Assembly (NCBI GenBank): GCA_002774225.1
Contig: PEYW01000006.1
Span: 1 to 50,499, forward strand
DNA: 50,499 nucleotides
Direction: 5' to 3'
Origin: a candidate division WWE3 bacterium CG08_land_8_20_14_0_20_43_13
GTDB taxonomy: Bacteria > Patescibacteriota > WWE3 > PEYW01
Part shown: piece after piece, positions 1-7,418 of the stretch
How positions within the stretch are numbered: the stretch's first letter is position 1
How the letters are laid out: the number at the start of each line of letters is the position of its first letter
Notes under the pieces: generated by a model
What the model was told of the DNA's origin: nothing
What the model saw: only the letters and a program-made list of their open reading frames with translations
Database searches by the model: none
Program-made: the position numbers and the translations under genes

Positions 1-56
1 ACCGTCCCGCCAGGGCGGGACGGTGTCACCAAGTGGTACCACGCGCTTGCGCGTGG
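1..56. repeat. Two adjacent GC-rich perfect palindromes (potential stem-loops) at the window edge
   Basis: ACCGTCCCGCC-AG-GGCGGGACGGT occupies 1-24 with 11-nt arms. CCACGCGC-TT-GCGCGTGG occupies 39-56 with 8-nt arms. The first contains the CCCGCC..GGCGGG core also seen at 2879, 7926, 7961 and 18739. Confidence 0.6.
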
Positions 57-73
57 GGCTCCATAAGAATAGT

Positions 74-700
74 ATGCGTATATACATTTCTGTTGCCACA
101 CAGAATATTAAGGAAAATTTAACATCGGCGGACAAGATTCATACTCTTGTGCAAAAATATGGACATACGCATACTGCCTCTTGGAATGTTGCTTTTTATG
201 AAGGGCAACAAAATTTTCCAGAGGAGCGGAATTCTGATTTAAGGGTTAAAAATGAAATCCTTAGAAGCGATCTGATGATTGCTGAAATAAGCATTCCTTC
301 GTTTGGGGTTGGCTATTTTGTATGTCTGGCCCAAATGTATCAGGTACCGGTTGTTTGTTTGTATCATTCTAAATATAAAGACAACGTATCGGCGTTTTTA
401 AAGACATTTTCGGCTAACAACTTTTTGGTTTTGGAATATGACGACAGTAATCTTGAGCAGGTGTTTTGCACCGCGGTGGAAAAATCAACTCCAAAAAAAG
501 TAAGATTTAATTTTAACCTGCGTCAAAAGAGTTACAGATATTTGAATGTTTTGGCAAAAGAAGGCCATAAAACAAAAACTAAGGTCATCAACGATATTAT
601 TATTGAAAAAGTGGAAGGGGAAAAAATACCAAAAAAAAGATCTTCTGTTAGTCCCAAAAAACCTGCAAAGGAAAGACCGCCATCTCTTTGGGAAGATTAG
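74..700 (+). CDS. DNPH1 / nucleoside 2-deoxyribosyltransferase-like domain protein with a C-terminal ribbon-helix-helix-like segment and a Lys/Pro-rich tail
   Basis: SDLMIAEISIPSFGVGYFVCLAQMYQVPVVCLY...LEYDDSNLEQVF aligns by eye with the DNPH1/RCL core ADVVVAEVTQPSLGVGYELG...ILCLF...WDYEEGEVEALL. The tail KKVRFNFNLRQKSYRYLNVLAKEGHKTKTKVINDIIIEKV has a strand-helix-helix pattern. Start placed at ATG 74 (MRIYISV) because the 23-73 extension overlaps the hairpins. Confidence 0.55.
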   Translation: MRIYISVATQNIKENLTSADKIHTLVQKYGHTHTASWNVAFYEGQQNFPEERNSDLRVKNEILRSDLMIAEISIPSFGVGYFVCLAQMYQVPVVCLYHSKYKDNVSAFLKTFSANNFLVLEYDDSNLEQVFCTAVEKSTPKKVRFNFNLRQKSYRYLNVLAKEGHKTKTKVINDIIIEKVEGEKIPKKRSSVSPKKPAKERPPSLWED

Positions 701-773
701 GTTATATGGTCAGACCAGCGACTTTATCAGAAAATTAATTTGGTTAAAGAAAAATCCCCACCAACCTTTATTA

Positions 774-845
774 GACATCGCCGTTTAAAAGTATGTAGTT
801 TGTCATTATGACAAAATTCCATAGGTTTAAATGTCGTTACTCTAA
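774..845. repeat. ~72-nt imperfect-palindromic repeat element, copy 1 (second copy at 45911-45981)
   Basis: Near-identical to 45911-45981 in the same orientation, with 2 substitutions and 1 indel. Central perfect palindrome TTTGTCAT-T-ATGACAAA lies at 799-815. It is flanked by symmetric TATG/CATA, TTTAAA/TTTAAA and GACAT/ATGTC blocks. Confidence 0.85.
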
Positions 846-957
846 TCAATGCTGACTTGGAAAGAATAAGAGTATTTGTTTAGCTTTGTTTGAAGTAATT
901 TTAGCTAGATTCATACGCTGAAATCTAAATATAAGATAATTGTTTATTTATTATTAT

Positions 958-1203
958 ATGGTGGAAAAACAGACGGCACACGCGCCGGAAGGGTCCCTAG
1001 AAAGAGAGCCATCGCTAGATCGGGTTAAATCTTTTCTGGCTAAGAAAGTACTGCCTGACTTGGAAAGAGGCCGCCCAGAATTTGACGCGCCTCATACCCA
1101 GGCGGTAGTTAATAAAATGGAGGCTATACTTAACTCGGATCCAACACTAGATAAACATATAATTAACTTTTTTTGTCCCCGTTTACTTTTCTGGACTTCT
1201 TAA
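958..1203 (+). CDS. Hypothetical protein, possibly a truncated N-terminal remnant of a larger (HD-phosphohydrolase-like?) gene
   Basis: Open frame MVEKQTAHAPEG...GRPEFDAPHTQAVVNKMEAIL...DKHIINFF stops abruptly 20 nt before the next gene. There is no clear RBS. The resemblance to HD-domain N-termini is weak. Confidence 0.3.
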   Translation: MVEKQTAHAPEGSLEREPSLDRVKSFLAKKVLPDLERGRPEFDAPHTQAVVNKMEAILNSDPTLDKHIINFFCPRLLFWTS

Positions 1204-1230
1204 TTTGCAGATGCTAAAATCAAAGTGAGT

Positions 1231-2031
1231 ATGGAAAAGGAAGCAAGTGCAAAAATGTCCAGAAGAGATTTTCTAAAAGCCTCAGTAAAAGTAGCTGCAG
1301 GTGCAGTCTTGACAGCAAGTGGCGTAGGCTGTTCTCCGCTTGCGAAGATGCTGGAAACAAAAAAACAAAAAGGCGAATCGATTTTTCCGGAGAGCGGTGA
1401 ACCAGAAAAAAAGCCGCAAGAAAACTTACCGGCAAACTTTGAGATCGTCCGCCCAATATCCAAAGATTTTCCTTTGCCAGAGGGATACATTCCTGAAAAA
1501 TTAATTACCTTGAATAGTTTCCCAAATATTAAGCTGTCTCCCGGGAAAGAAAAGATCCAGGGTCAAACTGAAGCAGTTAAATCTCTGGATGAACTTTTTA
1601 AAGCCGCAGGTCAGGCAAAAATAGATGATATTTATATAGGTTCGGCATACAGGAGCTGGGAAACACAGAGGTATCTGTATGAACAAGCAGAAGCGAAACA
1701 GTCAGGTCAAAAATGGAGTGCCGCACCGGGCACTTCGGAACACAATGCGGGATTAGCATTTGATTTTACCACAGAATCGATTAGCCATAGAATTCACAGC
1801 GAGGCCGGTTTTGAAGATACCCCTGCAAGCAGGTGGCTAAGGGAAAATGCACACCAATATGGTTTTATCTTGACCTACTGTCGTCCCGATATAGGAGGGA
1901 TTAATCAGGAACCGTGGCATTACCGTTATGTGGGAAAAGAATTGTCAACAGAGCTTTTTAATCAGGGTTATCTTGAGGCGGATTCGAATATTGACCCCAT
2001 TAACTTCCTTGCAAGCCACAGGGATTGGTAA
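1231..2031 (+). CDS. VanY / peptidase M15B-type D-alanyl-D-alanine carboxypeptidase with a Tat-like lipoprotein signal
   Basis: LAS/M15 zinc-peptidase motifs are present: SAYRSWETQ, PGTSEHNAGLAFDF and EPWHYRYVG. The N-terminus has MSRRDFLKASVKVAAGAVLTASGVGC (twin-Arg motif plus a lipobox-compatible Cys). The start could be ATG 1231 or ATG 1255. Confidence 0.85.
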   Translation: MEKEASAKMSRRDFLKASVKVAAGAVLTASGVGCSPLAKMLETKKQKGESIFPESGEPEKKPQENLPANFEIVRPISKDFPLPEGYIPEKLITLNSFPNIKLSPGKEKIQGQTEAVKSLDELFKAAGQAKIDDIYIGSAYRSWETQRYLYEQAEAKQSGQKWSAAPGTSEHNAGLAFDFTTESISHRIHSEAGFEDTPASRWLRENAHQYGFILTYCRPDIGGINQEPWHYRYVGKELSTELFNQGYLEADSNIDPINFLASHRDW

Positions 2032-2122
2032 GGATTCTAATTAACTCTCGAAAGTAGTTCAATATCCTTAGTGGCTATTTTGTACTTTACCTTTAATTAA
2101 TGAGGGAAGAGGAGAGGTAAAA

Positions 2123-2461
2123 ATGCGTAGAGGCTGGGACAATCTTGGGCATTTGGTCCAGCTTGGTTGGATCGTTATTCTTTGGTGGGCTTTGCCTTTC
2201 GGCATCTTTTACGGTCTGTACCCCGAAGAGGGGTACGATATGTTATTCGAGAACCAAACACTGGGCCTGGAGCTTAGCTTTGGGTCATTTGCTTTGCTGG
2301 TTCTCTCCTGCTTAAGTACGATCCTTATCAACTGGGGGGATGCTCAGCAAGACCAGCCCATTATTAGATTCTATTATGCTTTGGTCTTGCCATTGTACCC
2401 CTTGTACACCACAGTACGAAGTATTATTTGGTGGTTCAATCTATTTAGAACGGTAAGATAG
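2123..2461 (+). CDS. Hypothetical small integral membrane protein
   Basis: Strong RBS GAGGAGAGG lies upstream of the ATG. There are 3 hydrophobic segments. A stem-loop follows the gene. Confidence 0.5.
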   Translation: MRRGWDNLGHLVQLGWIVILWWALPFGIFYGLYPEEGYDMLFENQTLGLELSFGSFALLVLSCLSTILINWGDAQQDQPIIRFYYALVLPLYPLYTTVRSIIWWFNLFRTVR

Positions 2462-2473
2462 GCGGATGAGGGG

Positions 2474-2529
2474 ATGGCCTATTCGGTCAGTTGTAAGCAA
2501 TTACTAACTGATTCCGCCGGATAGGCCAT
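2474..2529 (+). terminator. Long-loop stem-loop downstream of 2123..2461 (possible terminator)
   Basis: ATGGCCTATTCGG (2474-2486) pairs with CCGGATAGGCCAT (2517-2529). This gives 13 bp including one G-U, with a 30-nt loop. The T-tract is weak. Confidence 0.35.
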
Positions 2530-2631
2530 TTAAGTTACAAAAAGTTCTTTCCTCCTTCGCCAAGGCTACGGAAGGACAAGTAAAATTTTTGCGTTTTTCT
2601 TCATCCTTTTTTTCGGCGGCGCAAAAAATAA

Positions 2632-2657
2632 TTGCCATGATTTATCAATCATGGCAA
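2632..2657. repeat. Perfect 11-bp hairpin TTGCCATGATT-TATC-AATCATGGCAA
   Basis: Seen directly in the sequence. Related in sequence to the hairpin at 2913-2933 on the other side of the tRNA gene. Confidence 0.5.
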
Positions 2658-2786
2658 AAACTGTCGGCTCGAACTATTCTTTATTTAATCGGCAACTCCG
2701 GCCCGACTTAAAATATCCCTTTGCAGCGCTGTCTGCGGAGAGGGGTGCAGCCAGCGCTGCCCCCAATTCTCTTGCCATTTCCAAAA

Positions 2787-2860
2787 TGGTGAGCCCGGAA
2801 GGAGTCGAACCTTCATCAACAGGTTAAAAGCCTGCTGCTTTACCGCTAAGCTACGGGCCC
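2787..2860 (-). tRNA. tRNA-Lys (anticodon UUU), CCA encoded
   Basis: The minus-strand sequence GGGCCCG-TA-GCTT-AGCGGTA-AAGC-A-GCAGG-CTTTTAA-CCTGT-TGAT-GAAGG-TTCGACT-CCTTC-CGGGCTC-A-CCA folds as a cloverleaf. It has a 7-bp acceptor stem with one G-U, a GG in the D-loop, a TTCGA T-loop, and TTT in the anticodon loop. Confidence 0.9.
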
Positions 2861-2912
2861 GCACAAAAATCTTACTGATCCGCCGCAGGCGGGAAGGTTA
2901 GAGTTTTGTAGT

Positions 2913-2933
2913 GCCATGTGTTTATCACATGGC
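2913..2933. repeat. Perfect 8-bp hairpin GCCATGTG-TTTAT-CACATGGC
   Basis: Seen directly in the sequence. Shares the GCCATG..TTAT..CATGGC design with the 2632-2657 hairpin. Confidence 0.5.
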
Positions 2934-3114
2934 GACTAACTAGTTTACTCTTACCGCTCCGCCAAAACAAATTCGTTCATTACTGTTATCTTCAGCGGAA
3001 TAGCCCGCTTTGGCAAGGAACTGCGCCGCATTTTTTCGCGAGGCTTATTTTAAGTCTAGCAAAAATGCGTTAATAGTTCCACTACAAAAACAAAACTAAA
3101 GTATACTGGTTACT

Positions 3115-4275
3115 ATGTTGTCTCTCTCGCCGGACCAATCAAACACCTTAAAAAAACTTAATCTTTGGTACAAAGATCCAAATCGTCCTCAATTTATTAC
3201 AATTGGCGGCTACGCCGGAACAGGAAAAACCACTTTAATCGCTTGCTGGCGGAAGCGGCTTTTGGAAAAAGAGCCAAAACTTAAAGTTGCTTTTTGCTGT
3301 TACACCGGTAAAGCTACTCTAGTGCTCAAAGCTTCATTAATTGAACACGGGTCTTTATGTAAACGAGATTCGGTATCCACTATTCATGGTTTAATCTACT
3401 CCCCTATTGAGGAAAATCAAATTATAGTCGGTTGGGAGAAGAAAGATGATATTGAAGCGGATTTGATTGTGGTTGACGAAGCTTCTATGTTGGACCAGTC
3501 AATCTGGCTGGATCTGCTGTCTTACCGTCGGCCGGTGGTGGCCGTTGGCGATCACGGCCAACTCCCTCCAATTTCCGGTCAATTCAGTTTGATGTCCTCC
3601 CCTAATTTGCGCCTGGAAAAAGTTCATCGCCAGGCGGAAAGCAATCCGATTATTCGCGTTTCCCTCTTGGCTAGAGAACAGGGGTTGGTGCCAACCGGCC
3701 GGTTCGGCGGCCATGTTTTAAAAATCAACCGTTCTAGCGACGATTACGCTTCTTTGATTGATGATCTACTATCTTCTTACAATTCCGAGACTCTAATTCT
3801 TTGCGGTTATAATCATACTAGAATCGCTCTTAACAACGCTATCCGCCAAAAACTGGGTTTTGACACTTCCCTGCCTCAAGTCAACGATCGGGTTATTTGT
3901 TTGCGCAATAACCACAAAAAGCAGATATTTAACGGCCAATTGGGAACTATTCAGTCTATTAAGAACAAAGATTCGGATTGGTACGACTCAAGAATACTAT
4001 TGGACGAAGGAGTGGCTTTTGAAGGAGCCATTTCCCGCCATCAATTCAACCAGCCGCGGGGGCTTAACTTTACCGACCGGCGCGGCCAAACTTTGCGGGG
4101 GGATATTTTTGATTTTGGTTACGCGTTGACCGTTCACAAAGCGCAGGGCAGCCAAGCAAAAAAGGTAATTTTATTTGAAGAGCGTTTTGCCAAAATGGAC
4201 GAGCCTTCCTGGCGCCGTTGGCTTTACACTGGTGTTACCCGCGCGAGAGAGGAATTAGTTTTAATAGGTCCTTAA
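3115..4275 (+). CDS. RecD/Dda-like SF1B ATP-dependent DNA helicase
   Basis: Walker A is GGYAGTGKTTL and Walker B is LIVVDEASML. GDHGQLPPI and the C-terminal YALTVHKAQGSQAKKVILF with TRAREELVLIG are typical of the RecD/TraA/Pif1-like family. Confidence 0.85.
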   Translation: MLSLSPDQSNTLKKLNLWYKDPNRPQFITIGGYAGTGKTTLIACWRKRLLEKEPKLKVAFCCYTGKATLVLKASLIEHGSLCKRDSVSTIHGLIYSPIEENQIIVGWEKKDDIEADLIVVDEASMLDQSIWLDLLSYRRPVVAVGDHGQLPPISGQFSLMSSPNLRLEKVHRQAESNPIIRVSLLAREQGLVPTGRFGGHVLKINRSSDDYASLIDDLLSSYNSETLILCGYNHTRIALNNAIRQKLGFDTSLPQVNDRVICLRNNHKKQIFNGQLGTIQSIKNKDSDWYDSRILLDEGVAFEGAISRHQFNQPRGLNFTDRRGQTLRGDIFDFGYALTVHKAQGSQAKKVILFEERFAKMDEPSWRRWLYTGVTRAREELVLIGP

Positions 4276-4287
4276 TTTCTTTTTGGA

Positions 4288-4695
4288 TTATTCTTCGGTT
4301 TGGGCTGGATTTGAGGCGTTTGACTGCTCCTCAATATCGAGCAATCCGTTTATCAGCTCTACAATTTGAGTTGGCCCCAAGTAGCATTTTCCTTGACTGA
4401 CCATCATAGGTATCGCAATCATACTGTTGTCAAAGCCGCATTTTTTGGCGTCTACCGTCAGTCTGGCTAAATTCTTAGGGTTTTTAGATATTTCTTTTTC
4501 TTTTAGATTAAGTTTGTCACGGAGGCCATTTTCATCAAGATATTTATTTAACTCATGGCAGTGCGGGCAATCGTAACTCCAGTAATAAATTATTTGGTCT
4601 TTTTCGGACTGGCCTTCAAAATAGATAAGTAATGCCGCCGCGGCGATAAGCGAAGCTATGATAATGGCAGTTATGAGTTTTTCCTTTTTGTTCAT
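4288..4695 (-). CDS. Membrane-anchored thioredoxin-fold / glutaredoxin-like thiol-disulfide oxidoreductase
   Basis: N-terminal TM helix ITAIIIASLIAAAALLIYF is followed by WSYDCPHCHELNKYL, which carries a CxxC active-site motif. Confidence 0.7.
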   Translation of the reverse strand: MNKKEKLITAIIIASLIAAAALLIYFEGQSEKDQIIYYWSYDCPHCHELNKYLDENGLRDKLNLKEKEISKNPKNLARLTVDAKKCGFDNSMIAIPMMVSQGKCYLGPTQIVELINGLLDIEEQSNASNPAQTEE

Positions 4696-4720
4696 AATAA
4701 AAGGTTTTGTTATTTTAACA

Positions 4721-5551
4721 CTATTTTTCTTTAAGTGAAAAAATCGCTAGCGTCTCGTTTTTAAAATCAATCATTTTCACTGGTTGACCGAGCCGGTCAA
4801 CTATCTCGTTTAGTTGTGTTTGAGATCTATCTTGGCGATTGTGATAAGTTTTACTGCCCAAGCTCTTAGTAGAAAGGGATATTACAAGCCAGTTAGCTTT
4901 TAATTGCTTAATCAATTCTAAAGCCAAACCCTTTTTTTGGCTATCTAAAACTGGCGCCATTTTTAGCAGTAATGCCATGTCAACCGGGGGAGGATTCTGC
5001 GTTTGCGCCAAATCCGCGGTTTGGCACAATGGTTGATAGCCAAATTGGCGCAAAAGAAGGTTAACAAAACTAACCATCTTTTCATCAGCCTCCAATCCGT
5101 ACCATTTTATTTCCTTTGGCATTTTTAAACAAATCATTGATAGCGGATTTAGTCCGCATCCGAGATCCAGCACAGTGGAAGGTTGGCCAGTAATATCAAA
5201 AATCTGTCTGTAAAAACTCCTAAGAAACCCAGTTCGTTCACCAGTTGAGGCATGCATACCTAGTATTTGTTTGAGCTGGGTTCCGATCAAATTTTTATTA
5301 TGTGATTTGCCTGCTTCTTTTAATTTTAACCAAGCTTGAGAATAGTTTGTCTCGCGGATAAAAGATCCGTAGATTCGATGCAGTTGGAGTTTAGCCGATT
5401 TCGTGGCTTGCTTGTCCTGCCTGTGTTTAATCGCTTCTTCTCCGGCTATTCTGTTAACAACTAGTGGAGAGACGTTTTTGTATTTTTTGCCAGCTATGAT
5501 TTGTCTGGTGATGTTTTGTGTTCTTTGTCTAATTAGGCTATTTTTGTCCAT
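4721..5551 (-). CDS. 16S rRNA (guanine1405-N7)-methyltransferase homologue (FmrO/Kgm/ArmA/Rmt family)
   Basis: Collinear with RmtB as recalled. IIAGKKYKNVSPLVVNRI matches ILASKKYRALCPDTVRRI. MHASTGERT matches LHASTKERL. VLDLGCGLNPLS matches VLDIACGLNPLA. DMALLLKMAPVLDSQKKG matches DLALIFKLLPLLEREQAG. ISLSTKSLGSK matches VSFPTRSLGGR. Confidence 0.8.
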   Translation of the reverse strand: MDKNSLIRQRTQNITRQIIAGKKYKNVSPLVVNRIAGEEAIKHRQDKQATKSAKLQLHRIYGSFIRETNYSQAWLKLKEAGKSHNKNLIGTQLKQILGMHASTGERTGFLRSFYRQIFDITGQPSTVLDLGCGLNPLSMICLKMPKEIKWYGLEADEKMVSFVNLLLRQFGYQPLCQTADLAQTQNPPPVDMALLLKMAPVLDSQKKGLALELIKQLKANWLVISLSTKSLGSKTYHNRQDRSQTQLNEIVDRLGQPVKMIDFKNETLAIFSLKEK

Positions 5552-5647
5552 ATTTTTAGTGGATTATTAAATTATATCGCAGATTCGGTTAAGTAACATA
5601 TGCCTGCGAGGAAAAAAAAATCTCCTGCAGGCGCGATAATACTTATT

Positions 5648-5851
5648 TTAATTGAGGCGAAACTCATAGATGTTTGCCAAGTCAATAACCTGAACATCTC
5701 TAAATCGATCCTTTACCTCTTCGATTATGGTTTTCCACGCAATGGGAAAGAGCCTTCCAACTGTATCAGCGAGAAGCAGTTTTGTTTCCGGATACTTTTT
5801 CTCTTCTGTTGAGGAAATGAGTGCCACTGGTCCATAAATGATATTGGCCAA
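5648..5851 (-). CDS. Hypothetical small protein
   Basis: A 67-codon ORF begins 7 nt downstream of the tgt stop on the same strand. No recognisable motif. Confidence 0.35.
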   Translation of the reverse strand: MANIIYGPVALISSTEEKKYPETKLLLADTVGRLFPIAWKTIIEEVKDRFRDVQVIDLANIYEFRLN

Positions 5852-5858
5852 GTTTTCC

Positions 5859-6938
5859 TTACTGTCGCAGTGTTTCCATTAGCTGGCTGTAAAATCTTAG
5901 ATTATGGATTGTCGCCAGACGCCAAGCAGTTACTTCATTTATTTTAAAAAGATGATTAAGATAAGCTCGCGAGTAATTCTGGCAGGTGTGGCAACTACAG
6001 TTTGGATCGATCGGTTTTTCGCTGTATTTGCTGATAGAATCTTGAATGTATAGGTAATGGTAAAAATCCGGTTTTTTTAGCAGTTCCTTTGTCGGTATGT
6101 CGTCAAATACATACAACCGTTTGTGACGGGCGTCTCTAGTAGGAATAACGCAGTCAAATAATTGCCAGCCGGCATTTACGCAGTCACGGATGTTTTCCGG
6201 CTTGCCCACCCCCATGGCATATTTTATTTTGTCTTCTGGCAATAGTTCCGAAGTAAATTTAATAATTTCATTATCCAATTTTCCGTTAGGCAGGATCGGC
6301 CAGCCGCCAAAACCGTAGCCATCAAAACCGATATTCAAAAGATCCCTGGCGCATTTTTGGCGAAGCCGTTTGCTTTGTCCGCCTTGGACAATTGCCAACA
6401 GCAGTGGCTTGCTTTCCCAATTTTTTGTTAGCTTAACGAACTCTTTTTTGCAGCGAGCCGCCCAATTGGCTGTCCGTTCTATCGATTCTATTTGTTCCTG
6501 CTCTGGCTCCTCCGGTTTGGTACAATCGTCAAGGCACATTACGATATCCGACCCTAAACGAAGCTGGGTTTGCACCACTTTCTCTGGAGTAAGAATTATT
6601 TTTTGATCTTTGCTTCCTTGCGGGTAGAAGACAACCTTGTTTTCCCTAATCGTTCCCATTTTTGGATTCTGACGAATAAGCGACATAACTTGAAATCCCC
6701 CAGAATCAGTGATTATCGGGTTTTTCCAATTCATAAACCGGTGTATTCCTCCCATTTGGCGCGTTATGTTAATTGCTCCGTGGTTGAGCATATGGAAGAT
6801 ATTCACTACCAACCCTTCTACCCCGGCATTTATCAGATCAATACTATCCAAGCTCTTTACTACTGCTTTGGTGGCATCGGGAAAAAAGGCAGGTAGGTTG
6901 ATTGAGCCGTGTTTTGTGGGTATAGTTGTTTGAATCAT
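5859..6938 (-). CDS. tgt: tRNA-guanine transglycosylase (queuine tRNA-ribosyltransferase)
   Basis: Carries DSGGFQV and the zinc site CSCHTCQNYSRAYLNHL with a downstream His. LATIHNLRFY is also present. Length is typical. Confidence 0.95.
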   Translation of the reverse strand: MIQTTIPTKHGSINLPAFFPDATKAVVKSLDSIDLINAGVEGLVVNIFHMLNHGAINITRQMGGIHRFMNWKNPIITDSGGFQVMSLIRQNPKMGTIRENKVVFYPQGSKDQKIILTPEKVVQTQLRLGSDIVMCLDDCTKPEEPEQEQIESIERTANWAARCKKEFVKLTKNWESKPLLLAIVQGGQSKRLRQKCARDLLNIGFDGYGFGGWPILPNGKLDNEIIKFTSELLPEDKIKYAMGVGKPENIRDCVNAGWQLFDCVIPTRDARHKRLYVFDDIPTKELLKKPDFYHYLYIQDSISKYSEKPIDPNCSCHTCQNYSRAYLNHLFKINEVTAWRLATIHNLRFYSQLMETLRQ

Positions 6939-7102
6939 AGAAACTGTGAGGACTTTGGGTATTATATACTCTTTATCCCAGTTTTGTTACGCGGGCTTTG
7001 GACATCTTTCCTTTTGTTTTGTATTTCGCCTTACAAAGTTATATACTTAGTCTCCAGCCGTTTTAGCAATCAAATTTTTGGATCTTGCGAAAGGAGAGGA
7101 TT

Positions 7103-7405
7103 GTGGAAGAGAAATCTGTAATCATGAATACTCTTAAGGGCAACATTATGAATATTCCACAGGGACTGTTAAGGTATTTGGCCGGGGAGATAGATAGAGT
7201 TTATGTTGATCTTGTTGCCGGATACCCAGTATTGATCGAGGTTCCATATTTATATGAAGGTGATGACCAGCACACTCGGTTTTTATTACATCTCTTAGAT
7301 AGTTTATTTCTTCATCCGATTGGAATAGATATAGAGATTGTTGGAAGTGTGTCGGGAGCGGTAATGGTTTCTCTTTCTGAAATATTGGCCATAGAAAAAT
7401 CATAA
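7103..7405 (+). CDS. Hypothetical protein (orphan)
   Basis: GTG at 7103 lies 5 nt after AGGAGAGG. Alternative starts are TTG 7085, ATG 7124 and ATG 7148. No known motif. Confidence 0.45.
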   Translation: MEEKSVIMNTLKGNIMNIPQGLLRYLAGEIDRVYVDLVAGYPVLIEVPYLYEGDDQHTRFLLHLLDSLFLHPIGIDIEIVGSVSGAVMVSLSEILAIEKS

Positions 7406-7418
7406 AGGAGGTTTTGCC

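Noticed and set aside
546-788. The 80-aa plus-strand ORF overlapping the end of the first CDS and running into the repeat.
   Set aside because: It is an alternative frame of the Lys-rich tail region, with no RBS and no motif. Its 3' part is encoded by the repeat element.
2724-2760. The GCAGCGCTG...GGAGAGGGGTGCAGCCAGCGCTGC hairpin considered as SRP (4.5S) RNA domain IV because of the GCAGCC segment.
   Set aside because: The stem is too short. A GNRA tetraloop with symmetric and asymmetric loops cannot be drawn, and there is no extended 5'/3' helix. It is more likely a tRNA-associated terminator or processing hairpin.
5600-5812. The plus-strand 70-aa ORF opposite the 5648..5851 ORF.
   Set aside because: It starts inside an intergenic hairpin and A-tract. 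It is antisense to an ORF that is tightly coupled to tgt, and it has no motif. Neither ORF is strongly supported, but the minus-strand one fits the operon structure better.
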